A DNA stretch of 63,212 nucleotides, counting the filler, from Asterionella formosa (Eukaryota), in the NCBI GenBank assembly GCA_002256025.1. It is 24 parts of 24 records of this genome, joined end to end, with 100 filler letters (N's around TTAATTAATTAA, not from the genome) between each part and the next. Parts side by side here need not be neighbours in the genome. Positions count along the whole stretch, not along the records: positions 49,873 to 50,995 come from NKIB01004176.1; positions 51,096 to 52,217 come from NKIB01004178.1; positions 52,318 to 53,439 come from NKIB01004179.1; positions 53,540 to 54,661 come from NKIB01004180.1; positions 54,762 to 55,883 come from NKIB01004181.1; positions 55,984 to 57,105 come from NKIB01004182.1; positions 57,206 to 58,327 come from NKIB01004183.1; positions 58,428 to 59,549 come from NKIB01004184.1; 16 more parts are not named here. One strand, written 5' to 3'. Each line of letters opens with the position of its first letter. Position 1 is the first letter of the stretch. The notes beneath the pieces were generated by a model. The model was given only the letters and a program-made list of their open reading frames with translations, searched no databases and was not told the origin of the DNA. Positions 49,873 to 61,991 of this stretch are shown piece after piece. The position numbers were made by a program, and so were the translations under genes.

Positions 49873-50060
49873 TAACTAGAAGTAGTAGTATTTGTTGAAT
49901 ATATGAGCTTATTTGTTAATCCTTGTGTGTAACTCGTTCTCCAAGTCGACACCAAAGTATACAATGAGGGTTAGTCGAGTTCTCTCATTATTGAGTTCTC
50001 ATACATATATGATATAACACTAACCCTATATACATCTGTATTGATGCGCAAGATCGCTCA
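49873..50060 (-). mobile_element. Gypsy LTR, cut by contig start
   Basis: Ends GATCGCTCA followed by CCAGGTACC; differs from 43470-43657 at one site by eye. Confidence 0.9.
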
Positions 50061-51339
50061 CCAGGTACCGGTAGTTCGCACCATAGCAATTTAGTGATTT
50101 TGTACTGTCAACATAGATGCATCCTGAAATGCTCTCGAGACCATCACAATATACCACATTTTCATTTCTCCGGATCTTACAACTTAGTATAATGAACCGA
50201 AGAAGTGCCAAACCCCGAGCAAGTACAGAGTTATTTGTAAGTCTCTAGATAAGGATTTAGTAAAGCTTGTTCTAAACAACAATGTCAGAGAAGTAGATGC
50301 TAGAAAGGCTAGCGGTAGAGGAGTTGTTTTACCAAGTGGCGCTATTGCTATCTAGATTATTAGTAGCAGACAAAGTTGACACAGTAACGTGGCTAACAAA
50401 AGACATGGTGAAGTACCCTTTGAAGAAATTGAATAATGACAGCAAAGATCTAGTAGTAGGGGGTTTGAATTCTATAGTGCTATTGGATTGTTCCCCAGCA
50501 GAACGAATCGAAACTAGCAGTACACTTACCTTTGGAACCAGAGCCACCACTACTGCATCGTCCACTTTGACACCAGATACATGTAATGCAGATAAACACA
50601 GCAGTGACAGAAACAATAATCTAGCCGATAGACCGGAACAGCATGAGACTCAACAAACACAACTTTCCGGTGAGAAGGGGGGAAACAAATACAAACGAAA
50701 AAAATGTTCAATTGAGACCATGAAACTTGCTCCAGCACCATAAGCATGTGGTGGGCATCAATCTTGATCAGATGGCTTGCCAGTTGGCGCTATTGGCGAT
50801 CGCGCAAAATAAGTGGTTCATGTGGTGGCTGGACGCTTTAAACTGGGAACGGAAGCACTGGACGATATGACTAGGAGAAAAGAAGAGCAGAGTAGAAGGA
50901 GAGTGAGAAAGCGAATAAGAAAGTTATGGATTATAAAGCAACATTGAACGAGGTGCAAGCGATCAGAGCACTCAACAAACGGGCACACAAATGGANNNNN
51001 NNNNNNNNNNNNNNNNNNNNNNNNNNNNNNNNNNNNNNNTTAATTAATTAANNNNNNNNNNNNNNNNNNNNNNNNNNNNNNNNNNNNNNNNNNNNGAAAG
51101 TTCGCCTCCATGTTGAAACAAAATCCCACTCTCGGTAACGTTATAAATTCCACCAGGTCGATGCTGATTGGCATCAGTAGGATGATTAGGATTCAATGGT
51201 GCCATGGTCTCGCTCCCTTCCTGTATATATAGATGTAATACCTGTTGAAGTAATGGGGAGTAGATAATGTTGCTCCTGGATTGTTGTAAAATTAAGTAAT
51301 CATGATGCGGCTTTCGTGGTGTGAACGAATTTCGTGAGG

Positions 51340-51955
51340 AAGTACCAGGTATCTGGTAGTACTGGTCCTTCTTCGCCGTCGCCTACGGTGCTGGTATGCT
51401 TTTGTCATAAAACCATACCTGGTACCTGGTACCTGGTACTGCTAACAACCTTGTTACATGCCGCCTGTGTCCACCATGTACCAGAATACCGGTAATTCAG
51501 CCATAGTAAGTGTAGAAAGTATCTGGTACCGGGTACCTGGTACCTGGTACAGATACCAGCCAGGGGTACGGTAGTTAGTATCATAATTCTCAATCTCAAG
51601 AATCTTTTTACTGATGGCTGTGGCTGGCTGATAGATGATACGTTACAAAAACATCGGTCTGAGCGTCGTCTTTCATTTTTCCAATTTGGCTGGATGATCG
51701 GTATAACGTACAAGCTACCTGGTACCCTGTATACGGAGTACAGCTATACCAGGTACCAGGTACCAGGTACCTGGTACCTGGTGCCTTGCAAGTTCCGGTT
51801 ATTTTGCTGGTACCTGGTACCTGGTACTGTCGTGTTATTAGAATGCTGCCTGGACTACGGTGCCTGGTACCCCGGTACATACACTCACTCACTACATACA
51901 CACGTACATTCATTGCTACTACCGGTACTAATGTACCTGGTACCTGGTACCGTAG
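51340..51955. repeat. Densest (TACCTGG)n/(CCAGGTA)n tract, directly upstream of the eIF2B-gamma start
   Basis: Palindromic TACCAGGTACCAGGTACCAGGTACCTGGTACCTGGT at 51747-51782, plus many short arrays. Confidence 0.9.
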
Positions 51956-52051
51956 CTATGATTCTCTGATTCAACCGGGATGATATCATGGCAATCACCT
52001 TCCAAAAAACAACACCCCCATGTTACAAGCGGCAAACGTACAGTTCATACC

Positions 52052-52217
52052 ATGACTGCCGTCTCCACTGTCTCACTGTCACTGCCACCACCCGAGTTTG
52101 TTGCTGTCATTTTGGCTTCATCCACAGGTGCTCGGCTTTTCCCATTAACATGTCCAGATCATCCCAAACATTTGTTACCAGTGGGCGGAATTCCCATGTT
52201 GGCTCGTCTTCTTCATG
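52052..52217 (+). CDS. EIF2B3: Nucleotidyl-transferase-fold N-terminus, likely eIF2B gamma subunit (5' fragment)
   Basis: EFVAVILASSTGARLFPLT..PKHLLPVGGIPML; the degenerate G-loop favours non-catalytic eIF2B over an active pyrophosphorylase. Confidence 0.6.
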
Positions 52218-52317
52218 NNNNNNNNNNNNNNNNNNNNNNNNNNNNNNNNNNNNNNNNNNNNTTAATTAATTAANNNNNNNNNNNNNNNNNNNNNNNNNNN
52301 NNNNNNNNNNNNNNNNN

Positions 52318-53439
52318 TACCATCAAGAGAGCGAAAGCAAGTGGCTCTTTTCATTGTTGTTTGCTCGTAGGAAGAATTTGATATCTGTATCGTCATTTGC
52401 TTGTTGGAATGGTCCGTTGCCTCAAACTTGCTTGGCGTGTGCGTTCACACACTGTCGACTTGTTTTCAATGGTATGATGTTCTTGTATTCACTGTTGAAC
52501 TTGTCCGCATCAACTTGTTACCAAGACATCATAGAATATAAATCAAGCAATCATAAAGTATGTTAATTAATATATATGTTTGTCGTTTAATGTATACAGT
52601 TTTTGCTTGTTGGAATGGTCCGTTGCCTCAAACTTGCTTGCCGTGTGCGTGCACACACTGTCGACTTGTTTTCATTGGTATGTTGTTCTTGTATTCACTG
52701 TTGAACTTGTCCGCATCTTTGTAAACATCAATAGAGCGACAAGTGGGTCTCTTCATTGTTGTTTGCTCCTGGAAAAGTCTGTGTCCGTGTCTGTGTCCGT
52801 GTCTGTGTCTGTGTCCGTGTCCGTGTCATCCTCATCAATAGAGAGACAAGTTCTTTCGTTGGAAAAATTGGTACCGTATCATCATTCGCTCGTTCGAACC
52901 ACTGTCCGTTGCCTCAAACCTGATTAGCGTTTGAGTACCGGTACCCGGTATGTGCACTGTCGACTTTAGTACATTACAGGCGGAGTGACTTCGCTACTAA
53001 ATTGCGTGATATAATAATATACCCTGTAGCACGATGCAGAATACAGTTGCTTCCCAATCATCTCATCATGATTGATAAGATGATACTGTGATATCATGAT
53101 AAGGTTACATCGATTCATACATCACCAAAGTATGATACGTAATAATGAATAAAGTACATCACAGAACTATGATACACTGATCATAAAATTATGATGATTT
53201 TATAAAATATTTATGATATAATTTTGATCAAAAAATGATTATGTTAAAATAATACAATGATAATAAAATACGATAAAATATGTACGCAAGTGTTACCAAG
53301 ACATCATAGAAAATAAATCAAGCAATCATAAAGTATGTTAATTAATATATGTGTTTGTCGTTTAATGTATACAGTTAAAGTCAACAGTTAATATGATAGT
53401 ATTATACAGTGGATAGGATCTAAGTATACGGATGCATTG
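52318..53439 (-). repeat. Rearranged inverted copy of the 30725-31440 repeat, with a (GTGTCY)n microsatellite
   Basis: Shared blocks as described for 30725-31440; internal duplication 52517-52600 / 53291-53375; GTGTC(C/T) run at ~52777-52827. Confidence 0.8.
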
Positions 53440-53539
53440 NNNNNNNNNNNNNNNNNNNNNNNNNNNNNNNNNNNNNNNNNNNNTTAATTAATTAANNNNN
53501 NNNNNNNNNNNNNNNNNNNNNNNNNNNNNNNNNNNNNNN

Positions 53540-53657
53540 GGTGTTGAATCCTTCTTGACAAGAGTCGACTCATTGGATTACAATCGAGTCCGGAATCCTC
53601 GTGACTCGAGCTACCGTTAATACTACTTGACAAAAATGGTTACGCACCGGTACAACA
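53540..53657 (-). mobile_element. LTR 5' fragment related to 43850-44272
   Basis: Minus strand GAGTCACGAGGATTCCGGACTCGATTGTAATCCAATGAGTCGA vs 43886 GAGTCACAAGGATTGTGGACTCCATTGTAATCCAACGAGTCGA. Confidence 0.55.
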
Positions 53658-53789
53658 TACTGCCATTCATCACATGAGAAATAAATAGCTACCAGTTATA
53701 TAAAATAATAACGGTAGCTGATATATCAAATAATATACCCTTACCAGTATCGGTAGAGCTACGCTTATCATCTCTATGATAATACAATC

Positions 53790-54661
53790 ATGTCGCTTTT
53801 GGCTTGCATCATCCTTTCCATTGGTCTCGTGTATCGATTATGGAAATCCCAATCATCGTGCCTCACCAGCGGATCTCTCCGAAACAATCCAATCTCCCAC
53901 ATCGATCAGCTCGCAGTGCCGGCGAATAAGTGGCCGCCGCAGCAGCAGTCATTCCGCCCTCCACCCTTTCCCTCTGACAATTTCCAAAGAAGCCGTCTAT
54001 CTGCTGTTGTTCTCTTCCGACTGTTCAGCAAAGACGCGCTTCACTTCAATCGCAATGACTTGGACCAGTGGATGACCTACATGTCCTACGCAGGAGTCGA
54101 TCACTTTTATCTTTATGACAATTGCCTTGCTGAATCTGAGTGCCAACGAGATGTAGCCAAACGACCTGATGTCACATATGTCCAGTGGTCTCATACTGAC
54201 TACATGACGTCTCAAACACCTGCCTACAATCATCATTTGCAAGCGCATTACCCACAGGCCAACTTTGAAATAATCATTGATATTGATGAATTTCCCTTTA
54301 AGCCGAATGATACAGACCAAGGGTTCCTTCAACGACATGTTCTGCATCGAAACAAATCGCAATTGCTCCTGCGGACCATTTTCTTTGGAGGACCTGCTAC
54401 TACTACTACTACTGCTAATAATTGCTCAGAAACATCAAACTCCAAGGAATTGTGGAGAGTCAATCGGTACATCCATCGTCGATCTGTGGCCGAAAAGGAA
54501 TCACGGACCAAACCAATCTATCAACCAAGTCAAGTAGATTCACGAGGGAGCACTAATTTGCATGAAATGAAAATGAGATATACGCAAGAGTTGTCTCTTG
54601 CAAATGATCTTCCTATAGATGATCCACAAGTGTCCCCATATGACAAGTATATGGGATTTGA
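53790..54661 (+). CDS. GT92-like (GT-A fold) glycosyltransferase, 3' truncated
   Basis: N-terminal anchor; LDQWMTYMSYAGVDHFYLYDN, QTPAYNH and DIDEF (DxD) motifs. Confidence 0.85.
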
Positions 54662-54761
54662 NNNNNNNNNNNNNNNNNNNNNNNNNNNNNNNNNNNNNNN
54701 NNNNNTTAATTAATTAANNNNNNNNNNNNNNNNNNNNNNNNNNNNNNNNNNNNNNNNNNNN

Positions 54762-55837
54762 TAAGGCCAATGTAACGAGAGCCAGTCCAATCAGTTGTGA
54801 GACGGTATTTGGTACGTAAAGTGGTGAGGAGATGGTCCACATCACTACGTTTGGTGTAACGTACACCAAAATCATCAAAAACAACCGTAAACATGAGATC
54901 ACTGGTGGTATCCATCCATAAGCCAGGGATGACTGGGCAGGGGAGGTAATGATGCAGGAGCAAGAACTGAGCAAGTTGGTCATTGGCAAGTTTACCAGCC
55001 TGAGGCAGCCCATACATGCCACAACGGATTCCGGCATAGATGTGCCCATTAATGATTTTGAGCTAGGTTGTAGAGGATTTGAATGTGTGGGGGGATCATC
55101 CATATAGGGATGTGCACGTATTCATACACGGCAGGTGCAAGATGACTTTCCAGATAAAAATCAGATAAATCCAGAGTCATGAAGCAGCCATTGGGGTTAC
55201 TGATGGTGTTCTTGAACAAAAATTTTTCAGTAGTGAGATCAGCAGTTTTGGTGCTAACATTGCCAGTGTAAATGACATGATCACCCCCAGAGGTCCAACG
55301 AACGTATTGGGGAATGGTTTTTTCGGGTTGATCGGCACACACAATGCGGATGTAAAAGGCGCGTTTTGTGAGGGCGTCTCATGCTTATGAATGAAAAAAC
55401 AGCAATTAGTACCTGTGGGCATGTCAGAATGGGGTCTCAAGCCCTGAAATAACCGGCCAATTTCTATGCCGTTGGTGGTGGCCCACAGGGGAGCAGTGCT
55501 GCAAGTCAATAATTCTCTATATCCAGCAATTTTGCCATTGTCAGGGTTGATAGCGGTGCCATGGAAACAAAAATTAGTGTCCAGGGGAGTAGCACTGTTT
55601 TGAGGAGGGGCGGAAAGAGCACAGTTGGCAAGCAAAGATTGGGTGTGTGGACAGCTGGCATGTGGTGCAGCACGTGGTGTGTTTTTATGGTGACGACAGC
55701 TCTTGGGCACAGTGGTAGTGTCATAAGTGTCCGAAGTGGAAGGTGGTTGGGGACAGGGCATCACAACAGCATCGCGATAGGTGTGAGGGGGTGCTGGAAT
55801 GATCTTGCGGCCAGTGGCAGGAGAGGACCTAGGGGTA
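54762..55837 (-). pseudogene. CoDi-type Copia reverse transcriptase region, frameshifted
   Basis: AINPDNGKIAGYRELL, EIGRLFQG, VRWTSGGD, STKTADLTT, MYGLPQAGKLAND and VFDDFGVRY motifs. Confidence 0.9.
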
Positions 55838-55883
55838 CATCTAAGCCGCGAAATACGCCACTTTTCGAAATTTCGTCTAAGTA
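55838..55883 (+). mobile_element. CATCTAAG-element terminus abutting the CoDi pol
   Basis: Identical to 62971 onward for 42 nt, with a different upstream flank. Confidence 0.8.
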
Positions 55884-56513
55884 NNNNNNNNNNNNNNNNN
55901 NNNNNNNNNNNNNNNNNNNNNNNNNNNTTAATTAATTAANNNNNNNNNNNNNNNNNNNNNNNNNNNNNNNNNNNNNNNNNNNNTGCTACTGGTGTCAGGC
56001 TACTACAGCGATGCGCATGGTTGCAGAAACCAGACCATTGACGCTACATAACGATGTAGGTCAAGATTGGGTTCAGCTTTTCCCTTCTTATTTTGGTCTT
56101 CGATTGTGTGGTGATGGAAAGTCAATGTTGCCTGCTGGTGTGTAAGTACTACAATGATTCACAATGCATACGTCTCCATTGGAACTCTTATTTTTTATTT
56201 TTATCATTTCTAACCCAAAACAATTTTTTCTATTTCTCATTTGATGCTACTTATTACATCGCATTGCATACTTTGGTTGCTCCAAACATCATGTTCAATT
56301 TGCATTGATGTTGCATGTTACAATCATTCTCGTGTGTTTTACGCTTGTTGTACCATCTCCATGCATATTACCGTTATTTTGGTTGTCATGCTAAAATCGG
56401 CAATTTTATTGCCGAAAAATTCGATGTGCCCCATATTGCCCTTAAATAAAAATTACTTAAGAAATTACTTAGAAGTACCCGAATGGCAAGACGATAGCTG
56501 GAGCGGGAATTGC

Positions 56514-56585
56514 TAGTACACTAGCTTTCACTACGGTCTTAAAAGGTTGCACTGGGGGTTGAATTTTTTTTCATGTACCACCCTG
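56514..56585 (-). repeat. Second copy of the hAT-like terminus seen at 2321-2391
   Basis: AAAAGGTTGCACTGGGGGTTGAATTTTTT..CATGTACCACCCTG is shared. Confidence 0.55.
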
Positions 56586-56770
56586 GTAGGTACCGTAAAT
56601 TAGGGTGGGACTGATGTTGAAATCAGTTGGAACCATAAATAATGATAGATACGTCGCAAAAGGGCCACACACCACTCCACTCACCTAAGGTCATTGGCTT
56701 AAAGTGTGACGAGCCATTGCTCTCCTGCTTTCTCGTCTACTGATAGTAGTCTTTCGCTTTGCCAGAAACA

Positions 56771-57105
56771 ATGATGCACCGGAATTGCGTTCTCGTTTGG
56801 TTGGCGTGGCTCGGTACCGAATCCTCTGCCTTCGCGCCACTTCCCCGTTTCTTCAGTCGACACAACCTTGACTCCAAGACTAATACAGCTCTCTCCATGG
56901 GAAAAGGCCTGAACAAGGCGAAAAACTCGCAAGCCGATCTCGCCAAAAAAATGGCGTTGGCGAAACAACAGCGTGATGGCGCCGATCTCTCGGAGCCAGT
57001 CAAATTGGCGGACATAACAACTGCCAAGCTATCGGACGAAGAAATCAAGAAAAGGAACGATATGCTTCGATTCGACCAACTCTTGAAGACTGCTGGATCG
57101 GTTAT
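56771..57105 (+). CDS. Plastid-targeted protein of unknown function (5' fragment)
   Basis: Signal peptide ending ESSA-FAP (ASAFAP motif) plus transit peptide, then MGKGLNKAKNSQADL. Confidence 0.85.
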
Positions 57106-57205
57106 NNNNNNNNNNNNNNNNNNNNNNNNNNNNNNNNNNNNNNNNNNNNTTAATTAATTAANNNNNNNNNNNNNNNNNNNNNNNNNNNNNNNNNNNNNNN
57201 NNNNN

Positions 57206-58327
57206 TCATAGTGCGTTCGATAGAGATCATTCATTGAATAACGAAAGTAATCAATCTTGCGATCACTCTGTCGAGAGGGACAGCGAGCCACTTCCGAGGA
57301 GTGCGGCTGCTGCAAGCGATGCAGCATACTCCCTTGGTAGTTATCGCTCTGACAAGAACGAGAATTCTGCCGATTCCTTCATCGGTCATGATCAGAAGAG
57401 ACCAGAAGGCACATCGGATCGCTCCATTGTCAGCTCGAGGAGCCATTGTTCCGACGACATTTCGATCGACTCCAATGGTGCTCCATTGTCAAGGAGTCCC
57501 ATGGTCACCACCGGTGATCGCTCGGTTTATAGTGGTCATAGTCATCGATCCGATGCGCGCTCATTGGACTCTCGTGGTGAATTGTTACCGAGGAGATCAG
57601 TTGACCCAGACGATCATTCCTATAGCCGCAGCAGCAGCTATCGATCAAATGAGCGCTCCTTGGATCCTTTCAACCAATCATTGCCCAGTAGACGAGACGA
57701 CAGCGGTCATCATTCCTCCTATACAAGGAGCTACCTGTCAGGCGACCATACTATGGATACCAATGGTTCACCACGGACGTTCCGATCAGACTCTGAGAAT
57801 CGCTCTGATTATCGGACCGACCATAGTGGGGGAAATCGATCAAATGTATTGGACGCCTCCGTAGCTTTGACGGATGTTGCAAAGGACCGGGACTCCACAG
57901 GTTCTGTCAGATCCTCGAAATATTCTTCAAACAAAGAGTCATCGCCAGAAAGTAATGCCGGTTCTCGTCATAGTGCGTTCGATAGAGATCATTCATTGAA
58001 TAACGAAAGTAATCAATCTTGCGATCACTCTGTCGAGAGGGACAGCGAGCCACTTCCGAGGAGTGCGGCTGCTGCAAGCGATGCAGCATACTCCCTTGGT
58101 AGTTATCGCTCTGACAAGAACGAGAATTCTGCCGATTCCTTCATCGGTCAAGATCAGAAGAGACCAGAAGGCACATCGGATCGCTCCATTGTCAGCTCGA
58201 GGAGCCATTGTTCCGACGACCTTTCGATCGACTCCAATGGTGCTCCATTGTCAAGGAGTCCCATGGTCACCACCGGTGATCGCTCGGTTTATAGTGGTCA
58301 TAGTCATCGATCCGATGCGCGCTCATT
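57206..58327 (+). CDS. Internal fragment of a Ser/Asp/Arg-rich low-complexity protein with a 762-bp (254-aa) tandem repeat
   Basis: 57206-57565 recurs at 57968-58327 with two substitutions seen; the frame is open throughout. Confidence 0.8.
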
Positions 58328-59376
58328 NNNNNNNNNNNNNNNNNNNNNNNNNNNNNNNNNNNNNNNNNNNNTTAATTAATTAANNNNNNNNNNNNNNNNN
58401 NNNNNNNNNNNNNNNNNNNNNNNNNNNTTGGTTCTTGTGGTTGTTGCTGCTGCGCTGCCAGTCAACCCATAGTTGGTGGTCTGCTGAGCTCGGATCATAG
58501 AATATGATGTGTAATGTTACTGGGAGTACTGGCAGCATCACCATTGGAATGGCAAGACAGCGATATCCATTGCTGCCAAAACATCAACGATTTCAATATA
58601 TAAATAGTGGCTAGTAGAAGTACTACTACTTATTTGATTCCTTAGCTCTATTTCTTACTAAACTTATACAGGTAGTATTTGATTGGATATACTACTACCA
58701 TGAAGAATCCACAAACATGGACTATAGGTCAGCACACAGTGACTGACTAACAGTCTTCCTCTTCCATATCGATGCCATCTGCAATCGTCTCGACTTGCAA
58801 AAGACTGCGCTTCAACTTCTTGCCCAAGGAAGGACGTTGGGGAATTACAATCACACCTGCATGTGCATTTGAATTCGCAAATGCAACTTTTATCCTATTG
58901 GTCTGGTCATTGCTTGTTGTTGTTGTTGTTGCTGCGTTTGTTGTCTTTGTTGATATTTTTGATCCATTCCTGGTGCTACTTTGTTGGGTGGTGGTGAGTT
59001 CACTCCTCCCTGGTAGTACTGGTAGCTTGACTGGTGTAAATAGTTTTGTGGCTTGATGGAGGAGCTGCTATCGTAGTCAAATGTTTGTCTGATTGGGAAC
59101 ACAAAAGATCGCAACAGCTCGATGAGAGAAGCTTGACAATGGTGGCGATCTGTTGATTTCTTGGCGATGAGACATGATGGCCAGTGTCACAGTGACAACC
59201 GCATGGTTGATAAGATACTATCTCAAGACGAATTGGCCTGTTAGTGCCCTGCTGTAATGGTAGATCCAACAAGTTGTGACTTGAGGCTGTTCCAGCAGTA
59301 CTTTTTACTAGGTTAGTATGTATCTACGTAGATGGTACAACCATGTTGTACCAGTGTCAGAGTGTGTCTGTTAGGC

Positions 59377-59548
59377 TGTTGATGTCGACAGGTGTCCGAA
59401 GACTAGGTAATCTGAGGAATGTCTAAACGGAAATAGACAGGATTTATATAGCAGAATAATCTGCAGACGAGCGGCGTGAGAAAGATCTTGACCGGTCATT
59501 CCAGGGCAGTACTGGAGCGCGCTGGAGTAGGCGCCATATATTTCAACA
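59377..59548 (-). mobile_element. Possible short LTR (TGTTGA...TCAACA, 172 bp)
   Basis: 6-bp inverted termini and an internal TATATAAAT on the minus strand; single copy in the window. Confidence 0.35.
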
Positions 59549-59649
59549 TNNNNNNNNNNNNNNNNNNNNNNNNNNNNNNNNNNNNNNNNNNNNTTAATTA
59601 ATTAANNNNNNNNNNNNNNNNNNNNNNNNNNNNNNNNNNNNNNNNNNNN

Positions 59650-60770
59650 AGAATAATACAAGCTCATTCCTCCTAGCTGTCACCCAACTCAACCAGGGAT
59701 CAGAAATCATCAAAGACAACAAAGCCAAGGCAAGACTTGCACAGTTAAACCTGGATGCAGCCAACTGCGTATTGCTAAAGTCGGGGTTCGAGAACGCTAT
59801 CGATTACCTTCAACAAGGTCTAGACTTACTACTCCCTACCCACCGATGGCATGAGCACTACGACGTGACCTTAAAACTCACTTCAACGTTAGCTGAAGTG
59901 AGTTGTAGCAGTGGTGACTTTATTCGATGCAAGCACAACATAGACGAAGTCGTAAGGAATGGTAAGTGTTTTGAAGACAAGTTCAGGATTTATTTCACCA
60001 CGGTACAGTTGCTGGGTTTGCAAAATCGTTTTGAAGAGGCATTTGATATCGGCAAACAGATATTGGATTCATTGGGTGAGAAAATTGTTTCATCGAAACT
60101 TCGACTTATTGCTAATCTCATAAAAGTGCGAAATCGCATTCGGAATGGCTCTATAGACAAGCTAGTCTATTGCCCCTTAATGGTGCAGCGAGAAAAACTT
60201 CAGGCATGCAAAATTCTCCGTTCTCTTGTGACGCTGGCCTGGCAAGCAAATCAGGGAGTCCCTTTGATTCACTTTCAGATGCGTCTCATACAGATTACAA
60301 TCAAAAACGGGGCCTCACCTTATTCTAGTTTTGCGCTCGCGTGTCTCGGGATGGTTTTTGCATCAATGGGCAAAATGTCAGAAGCCTACCATCTCGGAGT
60401 TGTCGCCACCAAAATGGCACAGAAGATGAATCACCAGGGCTGTGACGCCATGACTAGCGCTGTTGTGCACGCTTTTCTGAACTACTTGAAACAGCCGATG
60501 CATGCTAGTATAGACCCCCTTCGTCTCGCACAACAATCTGCTATGGCATCGGGCGACATTGAAGGGGCGCTGTACTCCGCAATAACCTTTATAAATCTTA
60601 TTCGGGATGCTGGAAGAAACCTTGAATTTGTCACTTCTGAAATACAGCGTGTTGCAGAGCTGATACGAGATTACTCCTCTACCCATATGTCTACGCCCCA
60701 GTTACTTATGATGATTTTACCGCAATGGCAATTCGCTCTCAACATTACCGGTAAAGCAAGGGACCCATTA
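59650..60770 (+). CDS. Internal TPR-like region of a multidomain AAA/STAND ATPase-type signalling protein
   Basis: AVTQLNQG..LAQLNLDAA..AIDYLQQGLDLL..WHEHYDVTLKL, NGASPYSSFALACLG and AMASGDIEGA, typical of the helical region after the ATPase in kinase/ATPase/sensor or cyclase proteins. Confidence 0.75.
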
Positions 60771-60870
60771 NNNNNNNNNNNNNNNNNNNNNNNNNNNNNN
60801 NNNNNNNNNNNNNNTTAATTAATTAANNNNNNNNNNNNNNNNNNNNNNNNNNNNNNNNNNNNNNNNNNNN

Positions 60871-61991
60871 ATGATGCTCTCCCAAAAGCAGCGTCGATAC
60901 GCTACAATCACCAATGGATGCAAAGGCTTAAAGTGATAGGCCTCCTTACCCTCACCACGAATCGAATACTTCATGTCGTATCCTATTTCGTCTCCTGTAG
61001 TTGACAAAACACAACAAACAGCAGATTCTGTGATTTGATGAAATTTGAACTTCGTTTTCTCGTTTCGCAATTTTTCAAGAGACTGTCGAATTGAGAGTAA
61101 TTCATGTCTTTCATAGTCGTGAATAGAAAACTTGAAAGAAATCAGATTCCACAGCTGCAAGGGCACCCCACCAGTCACCTCAAAGATTTCGGTACTGTTA
61201 CTCCGTGTTGCCACTTCCTCAAAGGCTGCACATGTTTCCTTAAAATCCATGTTGCAAGGGTGATTGTATTCCTCAAACCCCTCATGACTTTTCTTGTAGG
61301 CATCCTCATTGTCCGCTGAAGCTGAGATGATGGAGACAATGCGGCGGCCTCTTTTCATTATGTTGTTGATGGCACTAAAAGGAAAGGGAAGAGAACCCAC
61401 ATCTTCAGCTTCCTTTAGCTCTGGTCGATAAAATAACTCGTTCACCTGGTCGAAAACGAGGACCCATTTCTTGTCCATACTTTTAAGAATCAAGTCAATG
61501 TTAGCTACAAAAGTATCCAGATTTCCCGATTTATCCAAACTTGAGCCAGCCTTCATCTTGAGAGCCGATAATGAAGTACCGAATGAACTGCAGATTGCAG
61601 TGTACAAATCGTCAACCATCCCCCAATGACGACATTCTGGAATGAAAGTTACGAGGTACTGGCAGCTGCTGTCATATTGCAGCGTACGAACCAAGTTGAC
61701 AAGTGAGTGCGACTTGCCAATTCCATGTGGTCCCTTAATCATGATTCCAGTCGGACTATATTTATTGAAGGAATTGTCAACCATTGTCATGATTTCCTTC
61801 ACAATTTTAGGGCGATATAGGATTCCCCTTCTATTGCAATCATCAAACCGCTTCCATTGGATATTTTCCATCCAGTAAGTATCTTCCGGGGAAAAAGCCG
61901 GTAAAGTAAAATCAGAGTCAGAGTTTTGATTGTTCGAACGAATCTTGTAGATATGCATTTCCTTTTCAACATTCCGCTCCTCCTGCTCCTT
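60871..61991 (-). CDS. P-loop NTPase fragment
   Basis: Walker A GPHGIGKS, Walker B WVLVFDQ and TGGVPL (STAND-like GxP); open at both contig ends. Confidence 0.75.

Noticed and set aside
51405..51983. ORFs with YQVPGT/WYLVPG repeats
   Set aside because: These are translations of the heptamer DNA repeat in several frames on both strands, not proteins.
59365..59430. Second self-priming candidate next to the putative LTR at 59377
   Set aside because: The complementarity (GCCTAACAGA vs GTCTAAACGGA) is loose and the LTR itself is uncertain.
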